64,000 nucleotides of DNA from positions 248,001 through 312,000 of the forward strand of contig JAPETS010000023.1 of NCBI GenBank assembly GCA_026023565.1. The letters are read 5' to 3'. The position numbers and the translations under genes were made by a program. The notes below the pieces were generated by a model, which did not search any database, had not been told where the DNA came from, and saw only the letters and a program-made list of their open reading frames with translations. Below, piece after piece: positions 37,982 to 51,167 of the stretch (position 1 is its first letter; each line of letters opens with the position of its first letter). This stretch comes from Cirrosporium novae-zelandiae (taxonomy: Eukaryota).

Positions 37982-39762
37982 ATGTCCTTCTCGCCGGGAA
38001 CCACTCAGAAGGAGACCTTGTTGTCTCCTCGTCAGGTAGAAGGCCTTATTGCAGATGGCAGAACAATCATCATCGTGGATGACAAGGTCCTCAAGGTTGA
38101 TGCCTGGCTTAAGTATCATCCGGGTGGTGATAAAGCCATTATGCACATGGTGGGCAGAGATGCTACCGATGAGCTGAATGCGTATGTCGTGTAAACTCGG
38201 GTCTTGGGCTTTCGAGAAGAGAGGTGCTAATGATTTATTCAATGCCTAGTTTTCACTCGGCTGAGGCAAGAAAGCAGATGGAGCGATATCAAATCGGTAC
38301 CATCCAACCACCATGGGAGAACTACGTCCCACCAATCCAAGGTGGAAAATTTCGACCTTACTTTGAGGATATCGAAGCTAGCATCGAAGATAGCCTGGAG
38401 GATAATTCTGAGATGGAGTCTACAAATACAGAGAAGTCGAGATCTCCATCACCACTTTTCGACTCCGAGAGGCTCACGGTCCGCCGACGGGGAGCCGCAG
38501 GCAAGGCTGGGCTTGCTAGATCATCTTCCGTTTCATCAATCTCCTTATCGACAGACGGCAGGGAACAAGATTGGGATAATGGCCTCTCATATATCGCCGA
38601 TCAAACAAAAGAGAAGCTGAACCTCGACCTTACAAAATACCCTTCCTTGGACGCTGACACGCAAAATGAAATTATCGCTAAATACCGTCTTCTAGACAAT
38701 AGGCTTCATGCAGAGGGCCTTTACAATTGCAATTATAGTGCTTATGCCAAAGAGCTTCCACGCTACATATTCCTCTTTGGCATGATGATTCTCTGTCTTC
38801 GATGGGGCTGGTATACCACCAGCGGCCTGTTCCTTGGTGTCTTCTGGCACCAGCTGGTATTTACCATTCATGATGCAGGACACATGGGAATCACGCACAA
38901 CTTCACTGTCGACACGGTTATTGGAATGATTATGGCGAACTTTTTTGGGGGGTTGTCTCTGGGTTGGTGGAAACACAACCACAATGTCCATCACCTTGTC
39001 ACAAACGCACCGGAACATGACCCAGACATTGAGCACCTACCCTTCTTCGCCATCTCGCACAAATTTTTCACCTCTCTCCGCTCAAGCTACTTTGAACGTA
39101 TCATGCCCTACGGCGACTTCTCCAAATTCATCCTCCCATACCAAGCCTACCTCTACTACCCCCTCCTAACCTTCGGCCGCTTTAACCTCTACGCTCTCTC
39201 ATGGGGCCACCTTATTCGCGGGACCGGCCCAAAAAAAGGCGCTGCAGCCTGGCACCGGCACTTTGAAATCGTAGGTGAAATCGTTTTCTGGATCTGGTTC
39301 GGCTATGGTATTGTCTACAGAACAATTCCCACATATCCTTACCGCCTCGCATTCGTCCTCGCCAGCCACATGGTCACAATGCCTCTACACGTTCAATTCA
39401 CCCTCTCCCACTGGGCTATGAGCACCGCGGACCTCGGGCCCAATGAATCCTTCCCCCAGAAAATGCTGCGCACGACCATGGACGTCGACTGCCCCCCCTG
39501 GCTCGACTTCTTCCACGGCGGCCTCCAGTTTCAGGCTATCCATCATCTTTATCCGCGGGTACCAAGACACAACCTCCGCAGGGTGCAGAAACTCGTTATG
39601 GGGTTTTGCGAGGATGTCGGCATTCCCTACGCATTGTACGGGTTTGTAGATGGGAACAAAGAGGTCCTGGGGCGCCTGGAGGAGGTGGGGAGGCAGGCAG
39701 CTGTTTTAGCAGAATGCCAGAAGGCTATTTTACGAAAAGGGGAATTTTTGCGTGAGTTTTGA
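37982..39762 (+). CDS. SLD1: Sphingolipid delta-8 desaturase (cytochrome b5 fusion); intron 38182-38249
   Basis: HPGG b5 motif, GRDATDE; His boxes HDAGH, HNHNVHH, QAIHH; DPDIEHLP. Confidence 0.88.
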
Positions 39763-42700
39763 GGGGTTCAGTTAGGCTGTGTACTCTATTTTTGAGTATT
39801 TGGAGTTCGGCGCCAGCTACTATGAGAAACAGAAATTTCTTCTTTACCAACTAACAAACTCACTCGACTTTGAAGATGGTTCGCCAATTAGTTAGTTGGT
39901 TCCCCATCCGTGCGTTAGATTCGATTGCCCCTGAGCATGCATGCACAAAGCACTCTTGTATCATATTGTATTTTATAACTTTAGAAACCCACGCACAATC
40001 AACTCAAAAAACAACCATGAATATATAAATTCAAAAAAAAAATCTTCCCCAAAAGTTGAAGTCAGTAAATACAATTACATCCCTCGGTAAAAAAGCCAAA
40101 ACCCATCAATTCAATAGTAGAATAAATAACCTATGGCTAGCCTAAGGCTAGACAGAGTTCAAGGAAGTTTCTAGGGATAAACCAAACCAGACCAGACCAG
40201 AACATGGGAGGGAGGCCTACTCTAGTCTAGGTCTTAGCGCCAAGCCCTCCCTCCCTCCCGGCTCCCGGGTCCAAAACCTTTCCGTGTACCGTATGTATAT
40301 ATTTTCGTATATAATTAGTACGAGTACGTACGTATGTGCCTTCGTATTCGTATATTATTATGGATGTATGATAATAAATCCCCCCAATTTTTTATGTATT
40401 CTTTTTTTCAAAGGAATAGAATGGGTGGTGTTATTCATCCCGAGCCCCGCCCCTCTAGGCACCCAGATACCCCATAGCATGACATGGTATGTGTCTCTAC
40501 ATAGATGCGTAGATATGATGCATGGGTGCTCGAGCATATGATATAATTAAGGTTCAGGCTACCTCATTTCCTCCATAAATTATCTACCCGTACATACATG
40601 TATATATGTAATTAAATTACCACCGTACGCCGTACGTCGCCGTATACCGGCCGTATGCGAACATACAGTATGTAAACCCATGGGGTAAGACTTGCGAACA
40701 AAAAAAAACAAAGAAAAAAAAAGTCAAAATAAATCCCAAGTTCCAAGCAAAAACCTTAATTCCCTTTCAGATTGAATTTTTTTTTCCTTTTTAGGAGGGA
40801 GTTGCGAAAAGTAGATATTATCCAATTCCTTTTATTTTAGTGGTATAAGTTCCTTATTGTTTTGTATACATATATACATAGTAGAAGTAATTAGATATGT
40901 ATTGGACTGGACTGACATGCTACTTGCAGAAGAAAGAAAGAAAAAAACTTGGAGGCAACTAACCAACTAGCTAGCTAGCCCCTATGAACCCTACCTTGGG
41001 CTAACAAGAATGTAAATACATACATAGAGCGGGTGAACCTTGGATATATATTTGATATATGATTTTTATTACTCTTAATCCCTTATTCCCACCTATAGAC
41101 ATGGATGGTGGTGATGGTGATGATGGTGGTGCGTACCCTTAACTACCATATCTCATAGATCGGTGGTCATGAATGGGCCTCGTATAGATGCATATTGTAC
41201 AGTCGTCAGCTTCGATACGGATACGATCGATTCTGCGAACCACTACCACCACCGCCCCGCCCTCCCTCCCGCCTCTTAGATCATTGCCATTTATTTTCCC
41301 TTACAATGTTATCGCTTATCGTTTGGCCCAGGGGGGGGAAGGATGACTTGAAGCTTCGAAGGGTTGTTGGATCTGAAAGCGTGAAAAGGTTTGGATTATA
41401 AATGTTATTTGTAAGGCACCCCCATGTTAACGTTATAATTGAAAGAAAGGCGTGTATGTTGAGTTTCATTACTCACCATATATAGCTATAGATGCCACTA
41501 TAACTCAATCATCTTTTGCAGCTCAGACAAGTCGTTTGTTTGATGGCCAAATTCATGTTCTTGAGGATCGTTGGATGAGAAAGAGATACCTTTCCATAAT
41601 CCCATTGTGATGGATAGATGGTTGGTGAGCCGTGGCCATCGTAGATGTTTGAAACTGAAGCTTGTTGTGGGAATTCTTTCGGTCCAAACCCTTCCTTAGT
41701 GAGATGCTATTCTTTAATATCTAACCAATGGTCTAAGTCGGTGGTGGTGGAGAGGGGAGATGTAGAAAATCTTCATCTGGTATTCATACAATCGTCCTTC
41801 CGGGCCATAGAATCCCCTATAGGATATATAGCAAACAAAACTTGCGGCAATGGTAGTCAGAAGAAGTATAATCCGCGGATGCAACCGAATTGCAAGCCGG
41901 TTCTCACGCGATGCCTTTGTTCCATGGCGAAGGTGATTGGGGCTGAGAGCTCAGGCTCGGGATACACGGGGGGTAGGACGGTCGTCGGTAGCCATGAGAT
42001 GTCAATAACGGATCGGGCGGGAAGATGCATATTCAACGTTTGAAAACGTGGCGGCCCTGAAGGTTCGTTTTACTTATGAAGGCAGGACCCTGGGTTAAAT
42101 TGTAGGTATGTGAAGTGGACATGGCGATCGGTTCGTGATTGCTTGCAATACTCAGACATTGCATATGCTATATAGTGATGAATTAGAACAATTCAACACT
42201 TGGGTGAACTTATTGAGAACTAGAAAAGGGTAAAACATACAATCTAACTAGGAAGTCTCAGTGAGGCGCATAGGCATGACGGGGAAACTTCCTTAGGCTT
42301 TATATGAACCGGAGAATTGCATTGATCTGATAGGAGTTGATACATCCGGAAAGCGGGGTATGGCATACATTCTGAGATCTATGTGCGTTCGTAGGACGTT
42401 AATCGAGAGACGAAGTGCTATGAGCGGGTGTCTCACATAGAGAGCCGAGGGTTATCATTCATGTCGGTGTATTTCGCTGGCCTTGATTGAGAGAGCGAAG
42501 GAGCTAGATTGGCAGAGGAATATTTACTCAGAGATTTGTAGTCTAGAGATGTGTTAAGGGAGCTCTGCATTCAGTTATAGGCAATAAGTTCCAGGAACTA
42601 TAACTATCAATAAAACGACAATGTTAACCTCGACATAATCGTCATCTGGCAGATTTATTCTTACCCAATTTGATTCTATCGCCGTTGAAATTATCCGAAG

Positions 42701-42941
42701 AGATGGTATCTCGTTATAAGTTGATATGCTGCCAGATAGAATAACATGAACTAGATATTGGATATGAAGTCGTATTATTCATTCAAGAAGCAACAATTAA
42801 AACCAGAGACATTCCACCCATACCCGTCATAATCCCAAGCCTCCTTATCAACGAAGGGAAGAAAAATCAAGAAATCCCAATCCTTTAATCAAACAACAAT
42901 TTTAATCTCACTCGCCACTCGTAAAAGGTATTTTTCGTCTT

Positions 42942-43649
42942 CTAAAGACTTGTAGCATTGTAGGTTTGCGTGCCATTCGAGCTCGAAATCCCACATTTAG
43001 CTAGGCATTCTTGGTTTCCCCACACCGCACCCGTTCCAATATCCGGCATATTTGGCGCGGTAATAGGACCCCCAAAGGCCGCTGCTACAAAGCCAGGTGG
43101 AAATTTGAATACATTGTTGAAAACATTCAATGTTCCGGGATCCTCAGCTGAGAGCGCAGACACTAGCTGTGCATCTTCGCATCCAATATTCATCATTGTG
43201 TGCATGCTTCCTTGCGGAAAGATCGTCATCTTCCCTGGAGTCAAGGTGGTTGAGATAAGAGGTGCTCCATTCTCCTGCTGCATGTATGTTTTTGTCGTTC
43301 CCTTGATTGCCGTGACATAGTTAGAGGCTCGTGGATGTATGTGCGCGGGAAGCAGCGAGCAGGGACCAAGGTTCAACATTGCAACACTGAGATGATTCCC
43401 TACGACAGCAGGGAAAGTAGCACGGTTGGCATTGACCACGCCCCCTGGGCTCATGGTCGAAAAGGGTTTATTGTTAAAGTCGAACACCCAAGAATCCGAG
43501 TTAGGGATCTCGTTAATAGCGTCGAGATAGGTAGGAGCAGTGAAGAGGGATATATCGAGAGCCGGATCGACAGTTGTGTCGACGGCATAGATCAAGAACG
43601 GGAGGGAGGAGAGATAGAGAGTGCGAAAAATAGGATTTGATAACATCAT
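42942..43649 (-). CDS. Secreted spherulin/germin-like cupin
   Basis: Signal peptide from ATG 43649; WVFDF, ANRATFPA, LGPCSLLPAHIHPRA, IFPQGSMHTMMNIGC, SALSAEDPG, C-terminal CLAKCG; TATAAAA at 43784-43778. Confidence 0.85.
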   Translation of the reverse strand: MMLSNPIFRTLYLSSLPFLIYAVDTTVDPALDISLFTAPTYLDAINEIPNSDSWVFDFNNKPFSTMSPGGVVNANRATFPAVVGNHLSVAMLNLGPCSLLPAHIHPRASNYVTAIKGTTKTYMQQENGAPLISTTLTPGKMTIFPQGSMHTMMNIGCEDAQLVSALSAEDPGTLNVFNNVFKFPPGFVAAAFGGPITAPNMPDIGTGAVWGNQECLAKCGISSSNGTQTYNATSL

Positions 43650-45112
43650 GGCTGGGCTTTGGCTCAAGACAGAGATTATTAGATCTGTTATTAGGTCTGT
43701 ATCTAGAAAATCAAGAGCTAGGAAATATGTGAAGATGGTTTGAATTGGGGTTATTACTAGGCGGGATGACGCATTGCTTTTATAAAGAGGAAGGGTAAAT
43801 CTCAACTTTCGAGTAGAGATGAAAAGGGTGAGAGAAGTACAAACTACAGGAGGGGAAAAGATGGAGGGAGGAACAGGAATGCCAGAAGAAAGTGTGCGGC
43901 TTGAAGGAATATTGGAATCGAAAGAATGATGTCCCGCCTCGCTTGGTAGGATTGCGTCGATGAGGGTGTTTGAGGTTACATCAACCTCAAAACGGACCAA
44001 AAACTCCGTGTTCGCCTGGAAATTGTACTGTATTAATGAAAGATGCCCTAAAAGCTAAGATTGAAGTCTGTTAAAGAGGACAGGCTATATAGCCCGCAAA
44101 AGGTGTTGGGTTGTCAGTATTACCATGGCGAGTCTGATGCGGAAGTTGGGATGCCTTAGACCGCAGGGCAAGATACATGAGATGAATCAAAGCCGTGAAA
44201 CTTGGATTTAGTATAAATTAGTATGTGTGGGACATGCTCGGTACCTGAGATATAATGGATGATGGATGTGGCAACGAAAGTAAACAAATATTGGAATATG
44301 AAAGGAATAAAGGTAGGCTCGAGGGACGTAACGGCAATTAACGAAAATATCCGACAAAACACAAGGAGATAGCTTGCATTTCAAGCATTAGCAAGGCACG
44401 TAGGATTCAGAGTGGCTGTTAATCCCCCCATCTAGGTGAGGGGCAAACGAACTAATTCGGCAGCTACACATGGAATTGATTGATATTTCTTTTTCTTGTG
44501 AGAGTGGATCATGACTTAACCCTTAACCTCCATCGTGTTTTAGTTGGACGATACATTCATCTAACCCCCGTTATTAGCATATATGGTTGTGTGAGTTTCT
44601 CAATGTACGATGGTTGGTTGATTTCATCGAGCAGTGGAAACTTCGGATAAGTGCATTGGATTTGACAATCATGGAAGAAGAAGAAAAAGAAGAAAGAATG
44701 GAAACTCTAAATGGTTAACTATCATGTTCATAGTACTGTATCTTGCAGATCACCCATAGACACATAGTAGAAGAATGAATAGCTGAAGAAGTGGAAGAAA
44801 AGGTGTAGGAGGAGGAGGAGATGGAGGAGAAAGGAAAAGGATGGAGGTAGAAAGAGGAGGGAAGCTAAACTAGTCACGCTAGACCATATGAAGCTAATTA
44901 GCCATTTGCCCTCGAACTCCTCCGCCTTCATTATTGGGTCTACTTTCCACTTTTCATTTCAAGGAATTCATTCTCACCGAGGAAATCCGTTACAGTCATT
45001 CTCTCGTTTCTTGCCTCTCGCCTCTAGTCCCTAGCCTGTGCAACTTCTACAACCGACTACCAGGTCAAGTTGAATCCTGCCTTTCAGCGCAGCTATATGA
45101 TGAAGCTGGATA

Positions 45113-46506
45113 CTAGTAACCAAAAATATTCTTTGGCTCATAAAGCTCTTCAAGATACCGGCACTCCTCATCACTTAGCTCTACCTTGAGCGCCTCCACA
45201 GCCTGATCAATCCGTTCCTTAGAGCCTAGCCCAATAATAGGGCATGCCCCTTTCTTGATCACCCAAGCGGTTGCAACCTGTGCCATCGCAACTCCCTTCT
45301 TATTTGCTATTTCTTCAACCCGACCAACTATCTTCTCGTCCACCTTAGCTGCCCTACTTCGCATGTAATTCTGGAGCGTATTGTCGGTGGCTTCTCGTTT
45401 GGTACCACGGCTATTCCATGGTCGGGCGAGCATACCGCGAGCTATTGGGCTCCAAGGAATGATGCCGACCCCTGTATCCTGACAGTAGGGTATCATCTCA
45501 CGTTCTTCTTCGCGATAACTAAGGTTATAGTAGTTTTGCATGCTAACAAACTGGTGCCAACCATGCTTGTCTGCAATATTTTGGAGCTGCTGGAATTCCC
45601 ACGCCGCCATCTGGAAGAAATCAGCTGGATGAATACTCATGGATCAGAATGTTTCCATACAGAGCTCGCTCCGATGTAGCGGACTTTTCCTGATTCAACA
45701 ACGTCATTCAAAGCCCTCATAATCTCTTCCTTTGGAACCTCGCGATCCAGCCGGTGAATTTGCAAAACATCAATGTAGGTTCCCAATCGCTCGACGCTAG
45801 CGTCAACAGCATCAAAAATATGCTTTCGAGAAAGTCCGCGTCGGTTGACCATTAACGGGTTACTTGGCTCAGGAGCAGACTGAGAACCATCATCTGCGAC
45901 ACCAAAATAGCACTTGGAAAGAATGGTGACATGCGAGCGGGGGATGGAGTATTTCTTGAGAGCCTTTCCGATAATACGTTCGCTCAAGCCATGAGAATAT
46001 ATATCAGCCTGCTTGAGAGTAAGTAACAAATCTCCAGTAATCAGTCAATATTCGCAACAAGTTAGGCCAAGGTAAGCATAGCTAAATTTTCTTGAGGCAC
46101 CATTCACGTCTTCTGCACGTGGGACAAATCTTAGTTATCAATAATGGCTTGTTGTTCCTCATAGCATGCCGAGGGGTCCATAAAGCCAGATCTGTTCCAT
46201 GTATAACCTGGCCCTACTTTTGGCAAACACTGCTTAATCCGGCTCAAGAGATCCTCATACCGTGTCCCATGTATTGATCCCGACTTTATATGCATGTTCA
46301 AGGAGAGGCAAGGCCTCTTCTTCGCCTAGAACCCAACCCTGCCATTGAGGTGAACCGTAGGACATTGCCCCGAGAATGACTTTGGATACTTTTAAGCCAG
46401 AACGACCGAGTCTACACGAGATGTTAGTAGTTGCAAGGAAGATACATGGGTTGCCTTACCTTGTGTATTCCATTTTTAGACCATCAACCTCCATTGATTG
46501 TGTCAT
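45113..46506 (-). CDS. Aldo-keto reductase (aryl-alcohol dehydrogenase / Kv-beta-like subfamily); four exons
   Basis: MEYTR|LGRSGLKVSKVILGAMSYG, INTWDT|ADIYSHGLSE, ILSKC, GLSRKHIFDAV..RLGTYIDVLQIHRLD, GKVRYIGASS, SMQNYYNL, PWSPIARG. Confidence 0.92.
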
Positions 46507-47364
46507 TGTTGCAAATAGCCTGCTATAGTTTCGGAAAACGCTCCCGGAATGAGGGTTATTAGTTTGTAGAGATGCTAGCGAAAGAGTCGCTGTATAGCTT
46601 GATCGGAATAAACAAAGGGATAAGAATGGGCAGGAAGCAATTACTGTGTGCATTTAGAGCTAAGAAGCAGATGGATTAACGGGATTTATAGCTACTAGTG
46701 TGTAGTTGGTATAGAGTTCAACGAGGGGGAGCCAGCCCCAAGGTGAAGATGATAGACAAACCGGGAGGAATTCCAGATGTCTTTGAACGTCATTGTCGAA
46801 CTCTGAGGTTATTTATGTTGGTGAAGTCAACTCCTGCAGATGACAAATTCCTGCAGCTGCCCACTGTTTATGCTCAGGCCAACAAGGGGGGGGGAGGGCG
46901 GATAGGACGGGAATGGTCTAATCTATTTAGATATTAGTTTGCTGCACTTCGCACGTCGATAGATACATGTAATAATATCAATCAATGGAGAGATGCTACT
47001 TGTAATCATCTCCGTTACACCAAGTAGAATACTCTCGGCCGAATTGACCAACCAATTTTGGCGTCACTTTTATACAGTACACGTGGCAATAGTACAAGTC
47101 CATGAATTTATTTATATTTCTAGTGAGCCCTTGAGAAAAATATATCTATTCCCGCCAAAATTGCCCATCCCTCATAGGTAAGGCTCCTCAGAAAAGGCAT
47201 CCAAAGCAAAGACGGAAAATTCAGTCTCCGCCGTCCGAGTGAATCAAGGCATTATGGTGCAATATCATGCCAGATGCAAAGAAGACAGCGTTGTGGGGGT
47301 GGTCCAACTGACCATTGATCAAAATCATCATCCCTCTGAGGTATATGCCACCATTTCCCACGCA

Positions 47365-47790
47365 TTATTGTTTGATATATTTGGTGTGCATCCCCTGCGA
47401 AACCATGGGCCCAGGTTTGCCATCAACCACTTTGTAAATACTAACGGTTGTGTATCCTAGAGTTCTGCCGACCCTATCAGCCTTACACTCGATTTCGAGC
47501 CAGTCTCCCTCTTTTGCCGTAGATAAGCAAGTGACATGAATGTCGGTGGAAACACCAGTTTTTTCCAATCCGTGAGAGGCAATGGCCATGCCGCCACCCC
47601 AATCAATAAGACAAGCAGATACCGTTCCATGGAGGCTTCCCTTGGAGTTGAGATGTATCATCTGAACTTGCATACGCGCTTTGACAAGTCCTTTGGTTGT
47701 CACAACGAGATCGGGGAGAAAATGTGCGTAAACGGGAGACTTGGGTTTCATAGCATCCCAAACACTAGTAACATGTTCAAGATCTGTCAT
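47365..47790 (-). CDS. Hotdog-fold acyl-CoA thioesterase (PaaI/ACOT13-like)
   Basis: HLNSKGSLHGTVSACLIDWGGGMAI..GVSTDIHVTCLSTAKEGD..VGRTLGY..HTKYI; first ATG 47790. Confidence 0.88.
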   Translation of the reverse strand: MTDLEHVTSVWDAMKPKSPVYAHFLPDLVVTTKGLVKARMQVQMIHLNSKGSLHGTVSACLIDWGGGMAIASHGLEKTGVSTDIHVTCLSTAKEGDWLEIECKADRVGRTLGYTTVSIYKVVDGKPGPMVSQGMHTKYIKQ

Positions 47791-48363
47791 CGTGAATAGC
47801 AATAGACCTGTCACCTTATTAGAAAGTAAAAAGTAGTAAAGACAGAAAATTTATGTCTTGTTTGTGAGAAAGAAAAATCATGAGGTTCGGGAAGTAGTCA
47901 AGTTTTGTGGGTTGAGGAAGGAAAGGAAAAGAGGGAAAAGCACGTACCACCACCGTTCACGCCATTCCAGACTCTCCTAATACTTTATGATAATATATTT
48001 ACCAAGCTTTTCCCAACATCTCCAAAGACCAAGAGAGTCACGAACAATTTATTCATCATGGTCCTAATTGCTAATTACTAATTGCTAGCAGATTGTTTTT
48101 TTTAATCTCTACGGCACACTATTTCCCACGGTATATCTCTAGAATTAGACATTGAACCCTGTGATAACTGGTTGGAACTTAGCATATAGTATTTTTCACC
48201 CTTCTTCAGCACCGCTAGGGGCTCCACTCATTGATTAACTAGTCTAATCACTTGCTTGTCCTTTCTTTTTGGGATGATATAACATACATACATACATACA
48301 TACATTTGAAATCCCTTTTCCTTACTACACATATCACATTCACTTTTACCGTAACAACCTAAC

Positions 48364-50930
48364 TCAAGCCCTCAAACCCCTATCAACCTTCCAAGTCCTT
48401 GTGCCCTCCATCCCGTTAATTTCGCTAACCATCCTCACACTCTCCCTACCACCCTCCTCCCAGTTCTCCTGGTCTTCGTCTATCTCAGCGGCCTCCTCGG
48501 GCGAGATATCTATGCATCCGAAACGGGTTTGGAGGTCGCGGAAAGCGGAGGGATATAGCTCCGAGAAGCGGGCCTCGAGGTCGTCTTTGCGGTTTTGGCC
48601 GGGGGTTGCGTTGAGGATTGAACCAAGGCTGTAGTGGGAGTTAGTTAGGGTTGGAGTGGAGGGGTGGGAAGGGAAGGGGGCTATATATACGTCCAAGCAT
48701 CTACATCTCCATTTTCGACTTCGACTTCCATCTTCGAGAGGAGTTGGAGTACCTCTTCATCTTCGCACTGGCCGGCTAATGCGCATATATATGCGACGTA
48801 TAACCTCTTGTCGACGCTGATATCCAACGCCTGTAACCGTTCCCAGATTCCCTTCGCGTACCGGTCCCCATGTGGTACCGACTCACACGCATGTAGCACG
48901 ATCTCAATACTGCCATATGTAGGTCCTTCGGTACTGTTAATAATATCCTCCCAGAATTCAATAGATCGGTAGGGCATCGCACAGGCGGCGTATGCAAGCA
49001 TTAGTGCGTTAGATAATCGAGTGCAAGGCTCGACTTCTATATCGAGCTTCAGCATGTTATGTATGAGATCGAGGCCCTCCAGATCCGCGGCCTCGGCAAT
49101 ACCTTCGAGGCAGAGAATATAGGTTTCGGCGGTGGGCCGTATGACGAGGTCTTGCTGTTGACGCATGTGTCCGAAAACATGACACCCCATGTCCGGGCGG
49201 CTACGGTTAAAGAATTCCACCATTAACTTCCGCCGGATAGGCTCAGGGGTTGAAGGGAAAGCAGTAATGAGAAGGGTATACGCATCCCAAGCTCGGTGGT
49301 TTTCGATCCTCCGGTCGAAACAAAAATCTAAGATGGCGGTTTCGATAGGAACACGTTGGGAAGGGGCTAGTTGGTGGAAGTGAGATTGGAAGAGAGTTTC
49401 GATATCAGAGAACTCTTCTCGTCGAAGGAAAAAGAGGGTCAAGGAAGCAAGAGTTTCGGGTTCCATTGCACTAGGGTGGGACTGTAGATCATCGACAATA
49501 CTCATGAGGTCATCGTACTTTGTGGTTTCAGCAGTACATAGTGCACGAATTAGGTGATTGATGGTTTCATATTCTTCAAGGATGCTTTGGTCCTGAGACT
49601 GGAGACCCACGTAGGCATTCCTTGCTCCCTCCACATCGTTGGCAAGCAAACGGTATTCGATTTGATAAACGTAAGTAACAGCATTTGGTTCAATGTTCCT
49701 TTTGTATCCGAGAGCAAGAAACCTCTCTGCTTGATATGGATCCTTTCGCATCACCGCTATTCCTATCAGTTTGTTGATAGTATCAATATCAATATTGCTT
49801 TTGTTCTTCCCACCCTCCCTTTTATATATAGCATCCATCATCTTCTCAATATCATCAACACTCTTGCCTTGTCCTGCAGCAAAACTCAATACAGAATCGG
49901 AAGCAAATTTGTCTTCGGAACTTCGTTGCAGTAACAGATCCAGCACCTGATTTCCCCATTCCCATTGCTTTTGGCGTATACAAAGAAGAAGCACATGACG
50001 AATTGCCATTTTCGACGGAGGCTCACCATTTGCGATGGGGTATTCATACCATTTCCTCGCCGATTCAACATCATCCCTCCAGGTGAAGTAAGTTACCACT
50101 TCTGCATGGTGGACCGGCATGAAAGGAACCCCTAGATCTTTCATTATTTTAATTGTTTCAGCCATCTGATCCCTATTTTCTTCTGCTCTAAAGCCTCGTA
50201 ATATATCAAGCCAAAGTCCATATCCTAGTACTCCCAAGGGGTCTGGAGTCTTGGACCATTCCTTCATAAGAAGCTGTCTTGCAAATTCCGTAGCTCCGGA
50301 TCGACTAAGAATGAAAATATAGGAGTTAAAGGCACCCTTATATGCATGTGGTGGTGGCTGGATGTCTTTATCGGCCAGTACTCTCTGTCGTATTTCTGTA
50401 AACAGTACCGTAGCAAGTGTCACACGGCTTGTTGCATGCGGATCTGCCTTTGCATGAAATAGAACAGTAAGGCCATCCTTTACTTGGGGGACTGACAAAT
50501 GGGGCTCTTCCCCCTCAGATTTGGAATCTAGTAGGTATCTGCAGGTGGTGAGAAGGTAATTCGCCTCATTCTCCAGAAGTACGTTTCCACCTTTCCCGGG
50601 ATGTTTCCTTGCAGACGTATATGATACAAACGCCTTCGCAACGTCTTCAATTGGAGGAGGTCTTGACGATGTCCTTAATGCTGCCTCAAGCTGAACCATC
50701 GTCGCTAGCGGAGTAGCATCGTCTTCCGGCGGAGCTTCTGCTCTCTTAAGACTCGGTTCATGACGAGGACTAAAACCAAAAATATATCTTTTAGAGGGGA
50801 GGGAATGGGTTAGCGGGGAGCTATAGCGAAGACGATGTCTTCGAGCGCATTGGCAGTAACAAGGTGAAAGAGGGTGAAATTCGTTGTAAAGTAGTTTTGT
50901 GAAGACGCTGCGGGTTAAGTGGGAACGCAT
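48364..50930 (-). CDS. CIA84: Mitochondrial PPR-like protein, complex I intermediate-associated protein 84 type; intron 48690-48629
   Basis: Presequence-like N-terminus, helical repeats, C-terminal RPDMGCHVFGHMRQ, IHNMLKLD..EPCTRLSNALMLAYAAC..FWEDI..EGPTYGS motifs typical of fungal CIA84. Confidence 0.75.
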
Positions 50931-51167
50931 TGTATAAATTCCAAGTCAAAAACCTCATGTATATGTAATTGCCATTGATCAATAATCATAGAGCGAAGAA
51001 GTAGGATATTGAAGCTGGTAATAATCTAATCGACTACAGTGACGATGAGGAGTAAATCAGTTTGTCAGGTTTGCAGTTCCACCGATAATTCTTTTTACCG
51101 CGGCATCGTGAACTACAAACCTCCAAGTGCATTACCGTATAGACTACTGAGTATATGCTTCGCTAAT

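Noticed and set aside
41500..42050. Possible pseudogene relic
   Set aside because: Protein-like fragments on the minus strand, but with multiple stops and no recognisable family; cannot be supported without a search.
43650..44000. 117-codon in-frame extension upstream of the cupin ATG
   Set aside because: Contains the likely TATA box (43784-43778) and has no ATG; the signal peptide starts at 43649.
44728..44931. 67-aa hydrophobic ORF
   Set aside because: Hydrophobicity derives from a GGA/GAA simple-repeat tract.
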